From the sequence record AJ697969.1: DNA of 64,000 nucleotides; one strand, given 5' to 3'. Positions 49,647 to 58,590 of the stretch are shown here, piece by piece (the stretch's first letter is position 1; the number at the start of each line of letters is the position of its first letter). Both the position numbers and the translations under genes were made by a program. Under the pieces are notes generated by a model. It had not been told where the DNA came from and ran no database searches. It saw nothing but the letters and a program-made list of their open reading frames with translations. This DNA is from Pseudomonas phage EL.

Positions 49647-50377
49647 GCATGCCCTTAAGTCGGTATAACACCATACGCACCCGACTAATCGAACTCTACA
49701 ACATTCTGAATAACCGGTCCTTCGATGTGTGGGTAACGCCCGCAATGCTCATGAGTTTGGAAGAACTCCGGGATCGGGAAGAATACTCCCAGGAGGGGTT
49801 CGTTGGAGATCCGAATTACTACAACGAATACCAAGTTCGACGGATGAGTGTTCCCAGGATCATTGATATCCTACCTAACTTGTCCAGTGAGAAGGATTTG
49901 GGATTCAGGGAACCTCAGATTGTGATTCCGTTGATCTACGAATCCATTCAGGAGTACATTTGCCTCTGGTGTGAACTCTTTAAGAAAGCACCGGAGTTTC
50001 CAACACCCTCCATTGATGAACTCCGTAAGCTGGAACTCCTGGCGTATACCCTCTTTAATTTCTACAAACGGATTAAACCGTACCTGGATAAGAAGAAACT
50101 ACGGGAACTGGGGGGTGATGTTCAAGAGACCGATAAACGGAACCTAATGCAGTTGTCAGCGCTGTTTAGTATCAACGCCATGGGAACCCCCAAAGCTGAG
50201 ATCAGTTTCGTCAGTCATTTGGATGAACTCTTCGGGGACGATACGTTGAACCCGGGTCTCTCACTCAGTGAACAGCCGTATATCACGAACAAAGCTGTAG
50301 CGGATAGTTTAGCCACGCATGATACACCTGAGGATCTCGGTCCTTGGTTGTTCAATAAACCGACAGGATTACTGTGA
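49643..50377 (+). CDS. hypothetical protein
   Basis: 244-aa ORF with an ATGA overlap onto the upstream gene. Confidence 0.6.
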   Translation: MSMPLSRYNTIRTRLIELYNILNNRSFDVWVTPAMLMSLEELRDREEYSQEGFVGDPNYYNEYQVRRMSVPRIIDILPNLSSEKDLGFREPQIVIPLIYESIQEYICLWCELFKKAPEFPTPSIDELRKLELLAYTLFNFYKRIKPYLDKKKLRELGGDVQETDKRNLMQLSALFSINAMGTPKAEISFVSHLDELFGDDTLNPGLSLSEQPYITNKAVADSLATHDTPEDLGPWLFNKPTGLL

Positions 50378-51717
50378 GTATGGAATTACCACGTCCATTA
50401 GCTAACTTAATCGCCTTAGCAAACTCGGTGAATACGCAACGGTCGGATAAGAAGATCCGACTGTTTGCAACGATCATTACTCCGGTGGAACAGATTGAAC
50501 TGATTATCCCCACGGGGATGGCTCGGTTGTCGATGTATTCAGCGAACTGTTCCGATGACTGGCGTATTCAGGGCAACTTGCAACCCGGGGTTTACCTGAA
50601 CCGAATCCTGCCCTATAAGGACAATCTCTTTATTGAAGTGGTCGAACGTCAAGGCCTTCATCAAACCATGAGTCGGTTCCGGTGTATCCCCTTGAGTGAC
50701 TCGAACCCTGAGATGGCCGGTAACAGTGTCCATTTGGCTCACCTGGAAGGTAAGGACAGTATTAACCTGATAACGGTTAAGTTCCAGATGATTGAACTGG
50801 GGTACGCTTTGCTGAAGAATGAGATGGTGTCTGACAAGCACTTAATGACCACCTTGGACGATGCACTCCACTACCAACTCACCAAATACGGTAAGCAACT
50901 TCAGTTGACGGGTAAGGATGCCTTTAGAGGGGTGGACATTGAGCGTCCTATCGATAACCCTCGGGTCTTTAAGTTGATTGATATACCGTCTGCGGTGCCT
51001 TTACCCCAGTTAGGGATGTGGATGCAGACCCATGAGGAGTTTGGGATCTATACCAAAGGCTTTGGGATGTATTACCAGAAAGGCCTTTGGATGATTTACC
51101 CGCTCTTCAAGATCGGTCGGTATGAGAACGGTAAACGGGTACTGAGTATTTATCGACTACCGCCTGATGCAGTCCCTACCCTCCACGCCACGTACTTTAC
51201 CCAGGACCGGGTTACAACGATTCTGGCAACCGGTACAGGCCGTCATGTAGATGGAGCAGACATTGATCGTCAGAATGAGGGTACGGGTAAACGGTTGATC
51301 AGTTCGGATGCGGTCATGGGTGAAGTGGGTAACTACTACGCTAAGGGTCAGTCAGCATCAACCCGTCCTGATTCCCTCTCCGAATACCAAACCGCTAAGC
51401 GGAGCAGTGGGGAGGAGATTATACCCTTTGAACCGACCCCTACCAATAACCTCTGTAAGCACTTATCTGTGAACGCTTACAACGATGGGTCGTTGGAAAC
51501 GATTCAGTGGAATAATTCGAACAGGGACTTACTAGAACCAGGTATGCCTGTACGGTTCTTCTTTATGAGTGGAGATGATCGCTTGAAGTACAAGGAGGGT
51601 ACTCTGATTGGTGCTCGTACTGAACTCATGAAGGATACGGAAAGTCCAGATATTATCTTTAGGGAACATTCTGCTTTAACCCTCTTCTTGAATGATAAGG
51701 TGTTTGATGCTCCTTAG
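50374..51717 (+). CDS. hypothetical protein
   Basis: 447-aa ORF with an ATGA overlap onto the upstream gene. Confidence 0.65.
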   Translation: MSMELPRPLANLIALANSVNTQRSDKKIRLFATIITPVEQIELIIPTGMARLSMYSANCSDDWRIQGNLQPGVYLNRILPYKDNLFIEVVERQGLHQTMSRFRCIPLSDSNPEMAGNSVHLAHLEGKDSINLITVKFQMIELGYALLKNEMVSDKHLMTTLDDALHYQLTKYGKQLQLTGKDAFRGVDIERPIDNPRVFKLIDIPSAVPLPQLGMWMQTHEEFGIYTKGFGMYYQKGLWMIYPLFKIGRYENGKRVLSIYRLPPDAVPTLHATYFTQDRVTTILATGTGRHVDGADIDRQNEGTGKRLISSDAVMGEVGNYYAKGQSASTRPDSLSEYQTAKRSSGEEIIPFEPTPTNNLCKHLSVNAYNDGSLETIQWNNSNRDLLEPGMPVRFFFMSGDDRLKYKEGTLIGARTELMKDTESPDIIFREHSALTLFLNDKVFDAP

Positions 51718-52066
51718 GTAATTTATCACTTAATGTATTTATTGTATTGTAAACTGGCTGACAAGCGGGTGGGGAAAGGGGTTTATTTCCTAATAAAGAG
51801 TGGAGTAGTTACGGAGTAACTACGACTTCCTTGTTCTATCTTTTGATCTTTCTCTATTCTCTTTAGATCTTTCTTTTGATTTATACGGAATACAGAGAGG
51901 GAAGAGAGGGAATACCCCTTATACCCCCGAAAAAAAGGGGGGATGAGGAATAAGGAGAGAGAACCGTAGGTTAATCAGTATTCCAACACGTTCTGATTAA
52001 TACATTCAGCAAGCAGAGCTGAGAAGATTGCTCTGCCATTACCGATTCACTACCGGAGTAACTACC
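51718..52066. promoter_or_regulatory. 350-bp non-coding region with AT-rich tract, iteron-like direct repeats, homopolymer hairpins and inverted repeats (candidate origin / regulatory hub)
   Basis: AT-rich 51718-51760; hairpin GTAGTTAC-GGA-GTAACTAC 51805-51823; GATCTTTCT twice 21 bp apart (51845, 51866); TACCCCC twice; CCCCCG-A7-GGGGGG 51925-51943; inverted repeats TTAATCAG/CTGATTAA 51972-52001 and GCAGAGC/GCTCTGC 52014-52037. Confidence 0.45.
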
Positions 52067-52312
52067 ATGACTGGGGATTTCGACCATCTCAGTAACCGTC
52101 AACTGGCAGACTTACTGGCGGGTTACCATTTGTACGGCACTAAGCGGACGAGCGAGATACCCGGGCCTGTAATGCTCAAACTCATCCGAAAACGCCTCCG
52201 GGCAACTGAACCTCTACCTGATATCATTCCCTGTCTCGACGACGGCAAAGACGAACGTGTGCTCGGTCTGTTTGGTGAACGCATCACGGTTAAAGGAAAA
52301 GAAAAACAATGA
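52067..52312 (+). CDS. hypothetical small protein
   Basis: ATG 52067 with a GGAGTAACTACC RBS context; 81 aa. Confidence 0.4.
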   Translation: MTGDFDHLSNRQLADLLAGYHLYGTKRTSEIPGPVMLKLIRKRLRATEPLPDIIPCLDDGKDERVLGLFGERITVKGKEKQ

Positions 52313-52749
52313 CACATCGTGGGAATAATGAAATTAAGAATACATTTGATCTCTTACACGTGAGTGTAGAGGATCAAACGAATGCGGGGATATTAATACG
52401 GTTATTGGAAAGGGAGGCGAAGATTACCTTTGCTAAGGCGGATACGTTGTTTGTGATGCTGGTAAGGCGTCTAGCAGCGCTTAGGCGAGGCGATCAGGTA
52501 GAAAGGAGTACGGTAGAGGCGGGTAAGGGCAATCGGCTCTATTGGAAGCTTACAGAAGCGTACAGAGTACTTCAAGATAAACCCCCTACTGATCCTCCGT
52601 TGTGTAAAGTCCCTGACGGGTTGGAAGATGTCTTCTTAGCCTTTACGAAGACAGAACCGTTGTATCAAGAAGGCCCCGGGTATTACGGGGCGGTGTATGC
52701 AGGTGACCGCTTACTGACCGCACCCCCGCCTGTAGACTTTGAGTCATGA
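52309..52749 (+). CDS. hypothetical protein
   Basis: 146-aa ORF with an ATGA overlap onto the upstream gene. Confidence 0.5.
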   Translation: MTHRGNNEIKNTFDLLHVSVEDQTNAGILIRLLEREAKITFAKADTLFVMLVRRLAALRRGDQVERSTVEAGKGNRLYWKLTEAYRVLQDKPPTDPPLCKVPDGLEDVFLAFTKTEPLYQEGPGYYGAVYAGDRLLTAPPPVDFES

Positions 52750-52797
52750 AAACAGTAAATGTTTACGGGTATACCCACTCACTACCCCCTTACTGAC

Positions 52798-52828
52798 CTC
52801 CCTACCTAAGCCGAGCTTAGGTAGGGGG
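52798..52828 (+). terminator. hairpin terminator (CCCTACCTAAG / CTTAGGTAGGG)
   Basis: lies about 50 nt after the stop. Confidence 0.55.
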
Positions 52829-52860
52829 TGTTATACCGCATTTAAGCTAAAGGGGAACTC

Positions 52861-52874
52861 AAACCTATATTACC
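52861..52874 (+). promoter_or_regulatory. promoter-like motif, copy 4 (AAACCTATATTACC)
   Basis: core variant located 33 nt after a terminator hairpin and 40 nt before the TAGGAGA RBS of the ORF at 52916. Confidence 0.4.
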
Positions 52875-53016
52875 GGCGTGATTATACCCAATGGATCATT
52901 TAGGAGATTCGGTTTATGCATTACCAAGTGGTGTTTGAACAAGACCTATTGGGTAAAACCCATACACATGACACCGGTCTGTTCATTAACGGTGAATCCA
53001 AACGGTTTTTACCACG

Positions 53017-53622
53017 TTGTTGGATCATAACGAATCGGTGTTGTATGACGTGTACGACGGACACCTGGTGATTATCCGTGAAACCAGCGAGGGGGAAGTG
53101 GAGGAATACCTAAGCGATCGGTCGTATGATTACCAGACGTTACCGTTGTTGGTGGTGATTGCGTGCTATAAGCACAATAAGCGGGTGGTGAAGATGGGGC
53201 GGAGTACCCATACCCTGATGTTCCACGACAACAAGGACGGGCGGTTTGAAGCCGTATTAGAAGCCGGTAAAGTCACCCTCCACGATAAGGAGGGGTTAGT
53301 CTTTACCCAAGACGGGGATTATTACCTGTCTCTACCGGAAGAACACGTGGCGAATATCATGCTGGAACGGTTGAATCACAGCTTGAAGTTCTTTGACGAG
53401 AAATACAAGGTTCGGTTTAAAATAGGACGGAACTATGCGTATTTCCCGTTAACGGAAGTCTTTGCAGACCCTGAGGTTCGGAATATACGACTGCGGTTGG
53501 ATAACCTAACGATTACTCAACAGAGCTGGGATCGTATTCGGGAGCAGCTCATGGACCTGTTGGAAGATTACACCCAACCTACTCGAACTGTTCGTATGGA
53601 TCTACCCATTAAGGGGGACTAA
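53017..53622 (+). CDS. hypothetical protein (start uncertain; TTG start or -1 frameshift from the upstream 46-codon ORF 52916-53056)
   Basis: the 201-aa ORF opens with TTG and has no RBS; a strongly RBS-preceded ATG at 52916 is in the +1-offset frame and overlaps by 40 nt. Confidence 0.45.
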   Translation: MLDHNESVLYDVYDGHLVIIRETSEGEVEEYLSDRSYDYQTLPLLVVIACYKHNKRVVKMGRSTHTLMFHDNKDGRFEAVLEAGKVTLHDKEGLVFTQDGDYYLSLPEEHVANIMLERLNHSLKFFDEKYKVRFKIGRNYAYFPLTEVFADPEVRNIRLRLDNLTITQQSWDRIREQLMDLLEDYTQPTRTVRMDLPIKGD

Positions 53623-53981
53623 TGGCGTATCAGGAATATGGATCTACGTTCGTTCACGACGGTAAAGTCTACCACCTCAATGACTTCCTCCGTCGAAGTG
53701 AAACACTCCCCGTTAAAACGGTTCCCTTAAAGGACTTTGAATGGCTCCTGGCGTATGCCGTTGAAGAGGATAAGGACAGGATTAAGCGAGCGGACTATTC
53801 CTTTCCGTTGTTGATTACGGAATGGGAAGGGGAGTGGGTGATCATTGATGGCTGGCACCGGTTCCTTAAAGCCCATTGGGATGGGCAATCCGCCTTGAAC
53901 GTTAAGGTCATTCCAACGGACTGGTTTAAAGGTAAAGGAAGGCCCTTTAAACTAAAGGGTTACCGTAATCGCGTTACATAA
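53622..53981 (+). CDS. ParB/Srx-like nuclease-domain protein (DGxHR motif)
   Basis: PLLITEWEGEWVIIDGWHRFLKA fits the ParB-N/Srx signature Y/W-x-hydrophobic-x-DG-x-HR; 119 aa. Confidence 0.4.
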   Translation: MAYQEYGSTFVHDGKVYHLNDFLRRSETLPVKTVPLKDFEWLLAYAVEEDKDRIKRADYSFPLLITEWEGEWVIIDGWHRFLKAHWDGQSALNVKVIPTDWFKGKGRPFKLKGYRNRVT

Positions 53982-53990
53982 CGTGACATA

Positions 53991-54026
53991 CCCCTACCCC
54001 CTAGCGCTCAGGCTAGGGGGTAGGGG
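53991..54026. terminator. bidirectional terminator (CCCCTACCCCCTAGC / GCTAGGGGGTAGGGG)
   Basis: 15-bp perfect stem plus a T-rich tract, between convergent genes. Confidence 0.7.
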
Positions 54027-54046
54027 GTCTATTATTCATTTTGTCT

Positions 54047-55579
54047 TTACATGGCGTCCCAATCTTTCACGACATCACCATTCTCATTAAAGCGTTGTTG
54101 CAAAGACCGTCTAAAGGCGGGTTTACCATTAATGTCATGTACAAGCCCTAACACGGGATCAAGATCATAGATAAAGAACCGCTTCTCAGGTGAACACCCT
54201 TCACCCCGTTGTTTACCAATGGAACAGGTAAAGTAATTCTTCATGGACGTCTTCGCCACATGAATGGTAATGACACCATCCACTTCGTTGGTAATCTTCG
54301 TAGACGTTTCTGTCATTGACTTACCAGAGACTTCCCGAGCGAAGTAGACCTCAGACTCATCATCCAGTTCTTTTAGTAGTTTCTTAGCTTCAGGGCTCAA
54401 CTGGTGAGGTGTTAAGAAACAAATACCCCGCGCAATCATAAATGACCGGACAGTGCGGAACAGTAATTGAAGTTTATCGGACTTATTCTCCCCAGGGAGT
54501 TTATCGAAATTCTGCAACGCCAAGTAATCATACCCGTACAGAATGATCTCGTGACCTTTGAGTTCCAATTGCCGTACCCGAGCGAACATCTTATCCCGGT
54601 TGTCTTTATGGGCTTCAATCTGGTTAATCACCAGGTACCACCCATTCTTCCGGAAGCAATCCGCAATAGCGGTTACAATGTCTACGCTTTCAGTCACCTG
54701 AAAGTCCCGGTCTTCTTTGTACTTGGTGGTTACCGCCAGCTTGTAGATCCGACGAATCACCAGCTCCATGGCATCCTCAGCCGATTCATACAGGATCGTT
54801 GGAATCTTAGCCTTATTCCGCAGCATGGGTTTGTTGTACATCCCCGCTGAAGCAATCAGGTGAGCCATACCGAAAGACTTACCTCGGTTCGTCATGGCTT
54901 CTAGGAGGTACATCTTACTTCGACGTAATCCTCCATCTGGTTCCAATCCTTGATTGAGACCTTGAATACCGGTTTTAATGATCCCTTCTACACTGTTCTC
55001 CGTCTTCGCCATCTCGATGATATCGAGCATACTTTCCGGCGTGCCTGTATTGACGGAACTCACCACTTCGGATTGACGTTCCCCATACGCGTTATTCACC
55101 CGCTCTTGGATCAAATCAATCAGTTTAGCAAAGTCTTCGGGTTTGGTATCAACGAGGTCCTTATACAGGACTTCTTTCATAGCCTTCTTGAACTGCTTCT
55201 CGAAGACCTCATCTTCCATACTGGAACGAATCTCTGTGATCTGTTTATACACCAGACGACGAGACAGTTCCTCTGTTTCCAGGTCTTCCAATCCAACATT
55301 CACCGCATCCCTGAGACTGTCATCATTCTTGCAGAAGATCGCTACCCGCTGCATCAGCAACGATTTTATAAGTGGATCGTCATTGGACTGGTCCAGCAGC
55401 CAGCTGATTGAAGACCGGATGCTGTCCCTGACACGTCGGTCTTGTGACATCACATCGGGATTTGGGGCTGGGAGTTCTTCCAGTAAGTCTGTCAGTTCTT
55501 CGATCAGGTTAGTGTCTTTTAGTTTTTTGGCCTGATAAATTGCTGATAACAGTTTTACTAACACCAGCAAATCGTTCAT
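54047..55579 (-). CDS. DnaB-family replicative helicase (RecA-like C-terminal domain)
   Basis: Walker A LEAMTNRGKSFGMAHL; ILYESAEDAMELV (compare DnaB FSLEMS H1a); Walker B-like IILYGYDYLALQ (compare IVIDYLQLM); ATG at 55579 with a GGGG RBS preferred over the track GTG start 55672, which would overlap the divergent gene. Confidence 0.65.
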   Translation of the reverse strand: MNDLLVLVKLLSAIYQAKKLKDTNLIEELTDLLEELPAPNPDVMSQDRRVRDSIRSSISWLLDQSNDDPLIKSLLMQRVAIFCKNDDSLRDAVNVGLEDLETEELSRRLVYKQITEIRSSMEDEVFEKQFKKAMKEVLYKDLVDTKPEDFAKLIDLIQERVNNAYGERQSEVVSSVNTGTPESMLDIIEMAKTENSVEGIIKTGIQGLNQGLEPDGGLRRSKMYLLEAMTNRGKSFGMAHLIASAGMYNKPMLRNKAKIPTILYESAEDAMELVIRRIYKLAVTTKYKEDRDFQVTESVDIVTAIADCFRKNGWYLVINQIEAHKDNRDKMFARVRQLELKGHEIILYGYDYLALQNFDKLPGENKSDKLQLLFRTVRSFMIARGICFLTPHQLSPEAKKLLKELDDESEVYFAREVSGKSMTETSTKITNEVDGVITIHVAKTSMKNYFTCSIGKQRGEGCSPEKRFFIYDLDPVLGLVHDINGKPAFRRSLQQRFNENGDVVKDWDAM

Positions 55580-55604
55580 GCTAACCCCTGAGAGTGTAAA
55601 GTAG

Positions 55605-56150
55605 ATGATTTTTAAATACCCTAACGGTTTACCGTTCGAGTTGTATGTGGTAACCGGGGAGTTGGTTGACACCCTGGTGGCTCAATCCATCCCGCTCTGT
55701 GGATTGAAAGAAATTTCTGCATACCATGACAAGATCACCTTTGGTGAAATGGCTAACTTTGTAGCTTTGCAGTATGCGGCGGCCAAAGTCTTTGGTGTAG
55801 AAATGCCTGACCCTACGGCGTACTTTGGTCATGGGTATAACGCGGGGATGGTAGCCGAAGCATTTAATGGGGTGGACAGTGATGCAATAGCCACCCTCCT
55901 TCGTACCGCCAATCATTTCCGATCGACGGTTAATGGTCAAGTGATTCTCATTGGAGTCGAGGTAGGGGACCATAAAGCCACCGCTAGCTGGGAGAAACTT
56001 CAAGCCAAAACAATCTCAACCGCCGTATTGGAAACACTTTATGCAAGGGTCGGTTATTTGGAAAGTCATTTCGGTCCCGTACCGAAAGCAGGTTTAGGGG
56101 AATTGACTCTGGCTGAAGTGTTCAAGCTGATCCACCTTCAAAACCCCTGA
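55605..56150 (+). CDS. hypothetical protein
   Basis: 181-aa ORF. Confidence 0.55.
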   Translation: MIFKYPNGLPFELYVVTGELVDTLVAQSIPLCGLKEISAYHDKITFGEMANFVALQYAAAKVFGVEMPDPTAYFGHGYNAGMVAEAFNGVDSDAIATLLRTANHFRSTVNGQVILIGVEVGDHKATASWEKLQAKTISTAVLETLYARVGYLESHFGPVPKAGLGELTLAEVFKLIHLQNP

Positions 56151-56190
56151 TTAAAAGGCTGCATGCATTTTATGTGCAGTTCTATTGCGC

Positions 56191-56206
56191 AACAAACATG
56201 TTTGTT
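56191..56206. promoter_or_regulatory. perfect 16-bp palindrome AACAAACATGTTTGTT, 27 nt upstream of the capsid-candidate start
   Basis: perfect dyad symmetry; the adjacent TGCATGCA palindrome at 56162-56169. Confidence 0.4.
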
Positions 56207-56232
56207 ACTCATCTCGAACAGGATTTATATCC

Positions 56233-58458
56233 ATGGCAAAGCAACTACGAACCTCCATTAATGGAGACAACAATCTTTTCAGCGATGTCTGCAAGTCCCT
56301 GGTAGCCGGTAGTCTTTCCAACATCACCGGTAACGAGAGCTTCGCAGACTTCCGTAGCACTCTTCAGAGCGCGGGCGGTCAGGAAGGTTTTCTGGTCAAC
56401 CGTCTGATTGGTCGTTCGCTCCCGAACGTCAGTGGTAACGAGAGCGCTGACCTGCACACGGGCTTCAACTCGGCTACTTACGACATCGTCCAAGGTATCC
56501 TGGAACGCAAGAGCCGTGACCTGATCCCCATGGACTGCGTTCGTATCTTCCAAGAAGCCGGTGATAACTTCGCCAAGGTGGAAGGTGCTGAAGGCTTCTC
56601 GATGCAGAACTTCGAGGGTCGTGAGCAAGAGATCCGTGCCGCCAACCTGACCCTGAACGCCCAGAGCCACCTTCAAACCGAAGGCGCTGAAGCCCTGTTC
56701 GCCACCGTCGGTGTGCGTTATCAAGACGAAGGCGCTGAGCTGATCGTTCGTGCAGCAGGTCTGGGTACCTACGCGTACGGCAACACCCCGTGGCAATCGG
56801 CTTCTGAACTGCGTCCGATCTTCGGCCTGCTCCGCAGTGGCGATATGTTCAAAGACGAAGCCCTGGCCGTCTACCCGGTATACCCGGACGATAACGCGAG
56901 CGAAGACCGTGCCTTCTTCGTGGCTGAGAGCGTCATCGCCCCGCGTCCTGTGAAATACGCGCAAGGTGATGCCTACGGTCGTGGTGAGCACGAAACCCAA
57001 ATGTTGGCGGTTCCGGTATCGATTCCGAACCTGCTCGCCCTGACCCAAGCGCCGGGCCAACGTCCGTGGAATTCCACCGACGAACTCGAATCCAACTCCA
57101 TCTCCGTGTCTCTCATCGCCGCAAGCGGTAAGCTGGACGGTACTGATATTTCGTTCTTCATCAAAACCGGTGCGATGTCGAACAACACCTTCGCACCAGC
57201 CAACAACGCCCAGACGAGCGATGAGCGCCAACTGAACCTGCAAGTCAAGCAACTGCCGGGCTTCTCGGTGAGCGACAAAGACGGCAAAGTGGTGGGTGAA
57301 ACCATTTTCGCCAGCTTCAAGTCCGCAGGTTACGAACCGCTGCTGGCCTTCCGCCTGACTGGTAGCTACCAACGCCAGACCAACGAGTTCAACCTGCAAC
57401 CGGGTACTGTGACCATCACCGCTGTTCGCAACATCACTACCGGTGTGGTCACCAAGATCGGCTTCGCTGACAGCACGGTTAAAGCCCTGATGCGCTCCTT
57501 CACCGAAGGTAAACTGATCGGTGCTATTACCACCCAGAACGTATCGAACACCAACCGCGGTAACTTCGGTTATCGGATTGAAGTGTACGATGCCAAGAAA
57601 CACCTGTCGGTGAAACGTCGTTCTCCGATCTCGGTGAAATACCCGATCTCGGCTGATGACGTCAACCAGGCCAGCCTGGACTTCGCACTGAGCCAGATGT
57701 CGGTGGTGATTAACAACCAATGCTCCGCTCACGCTTTCCAAGCGGCTGAGCAGCACCTCGAGTACGTCACCTCGATTACCGGTCAACCGGTGGTGGCCAA
57801 CGACCAAGGTTCGGAAGTGCTCGCGGGTCAGCACTTTGTAAGCCCGATCGCCATCAACCGTAGCTTCAAGCTGGTTGATGTGATCTCGGCTAACAGTTCT
57901 TCGGATGTGTTCGTGTCGGTGGCATCCGCCATTACCAACGAGATCGCTGATATCGTTGCGGCCCTGAACACCAAGTCCGGCTTGGCATCCATTGCGGAAT
58001 ACAGCACTGGTAATACCAAGAACGCCTGGACGGTGGTCGTCCATCAGAACTTGAGCCGTTTCATCTTCCGTTCGGGTGATGCACGGACCATTGGTCCGAT
58101 CAACAACCTGAAAGTGGTTGAAACCAACTTCGACAGCATGATCGGTAAGATGTACATCGTTCCGACCAACGATTCCAACAACGAAACCATTAACCCGCTG
58201 GCGGGTATTGGTGTTCTGGTATCGAAGGAGAACGTCGTTGTACAGGGTAACATCACGCGTGACAACAGCGACTTCGGTGTCGTGATGACCCTGCCGAGCT
58301 ACAAACACTGGCCGCTCAACGTGGTCATTGGTTCTCTGGTCATCGAAGATGCTGAAGACCTGCTGAGCGACAAAGGTCTCATCAACCAACTGGCCGTCAA
58401 ACGTGTCAAGGTTGAGAACATCGAGGATGCGAAACCCGACCCAAACGCCGGTCCGTGA
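56233..58458 (+). CDS. probable major capsid protein (742 aa)
   Basis: strongly optimised GC3-rich codon usage (the antisense strand stays open for 766 codons); the size fits jumbo-phage HK97-fold MCPs of about 750 aa; S/T/N/A/G-rich; the track start 56185 is upstream of the bias change. Confidence 0.5.
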   Translation: MAKQLRTSINGDNNLFSDVCKSLVAGSLSNITGNESFADFRSTLQSAGGQEGFLVNRLIGRSLPNVSGNESADLHTGFNSATYDIVQGILERKSRDLIPMDCVRIFQEAGDNFAKVEGAEGFSMQNFEGREQEIRAANLTLNAQSHLQTEGAEALFATVGVRYQDEGAELIVRAAGLGTYAYGNTPWQSASELRPIFGLLRSGDMFKDEALAVYPVYPDDNASEDRAFFVAESVIAPRPVKYAQGDAYGRGEHETQMLAVPVSIPNLLALTQAPGQRPWNSTDELESNSISVSLIAASGKLDGTDISFFIKTGAMSNNTFAPANNAQTSDERQLNLQVKQLPGFSVSDKDGKVVGETIFASFKSAGYEPLLAFRLTGSYQRQTNEFNLQPGTVTITAVRNITTGVVTKIGFADSTVKALMRSFTEGKLIGAITTQNVSNTNRGNFGYRIEVYDAKKHLSVKRRSPISVKYPISADDVNQASLDFALSQMSVVINNQCSAHAFQAAEQHLEYVTSITGQPVVANDQGSEVLAGQHFVSPIAINRSFKLVDVISANSSSDVFVSVASAITNEIADIVAALNTKSGLASIAEYSTGNTKNAWTVVVHQNLSRFIFRSGDARTIGPINNLKVVETNFDSMIGKMYIVPTNDSNNETINPLAGIGVLVSKENVVVQGNITRDNSDFGVVMTLPSYKHWPLNVVIGSLVIEDAEDLLSDKGLINQLAVKRVKVENIEDAKPDPNAGP

Positions 58459-58535
58459 GTCCTGCGAATTACGGGCGGCTTGAGTATCCCGAGTTGCCCT
58501 AGTAGGTACCTCACGGAAATTGCGTGTACCATTAG

Positions 58536-58569
58536 CCCTACCCACTCCCCTAACCGGGAGTGGGTAGGG
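58536..58569 (+). terminator. hairpin terminator CCCTACCCACTCCC-CTAACC-GGGAGTGGGTAGGG
   Basis: 14-bp perfect stem, near-identical to the hairpin at 32717. Confidence 0.65.
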
Positions 58570-58590
58570 TTATATTTGCAGTTATACCGT

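Noticed and set aside
10203-52066. 11-mer GGAGTAACTAC occurring at 10208, 51814 and 52055 as possible IS605 end repeats
   Set aside because: Two copies coincide with the RBS-plus-spacer context GGAGT(A/G)AAC-N-ATG used by many genes here (4075, 28632, 52055). The third is the arm of a local hairpin. This is more parsimoniously a translation-initiation context than transposon ends.
54467-55535. Plus-strand ORFs of 127, 153 and 130 aa inside the DnaB-like helicase region
   Set aside because: Antisense to a gene with Walker A, Walker B and DnaB H1a motifs.
56245-58545. 766-aa minus-strand ORF
   Set aside because: It is antisense to the codon-optimised capsid-candidate gene. Its R/V/G/H/D-rich composition is typical of a shadow ORF created by GC3-rich codons on the other strand.
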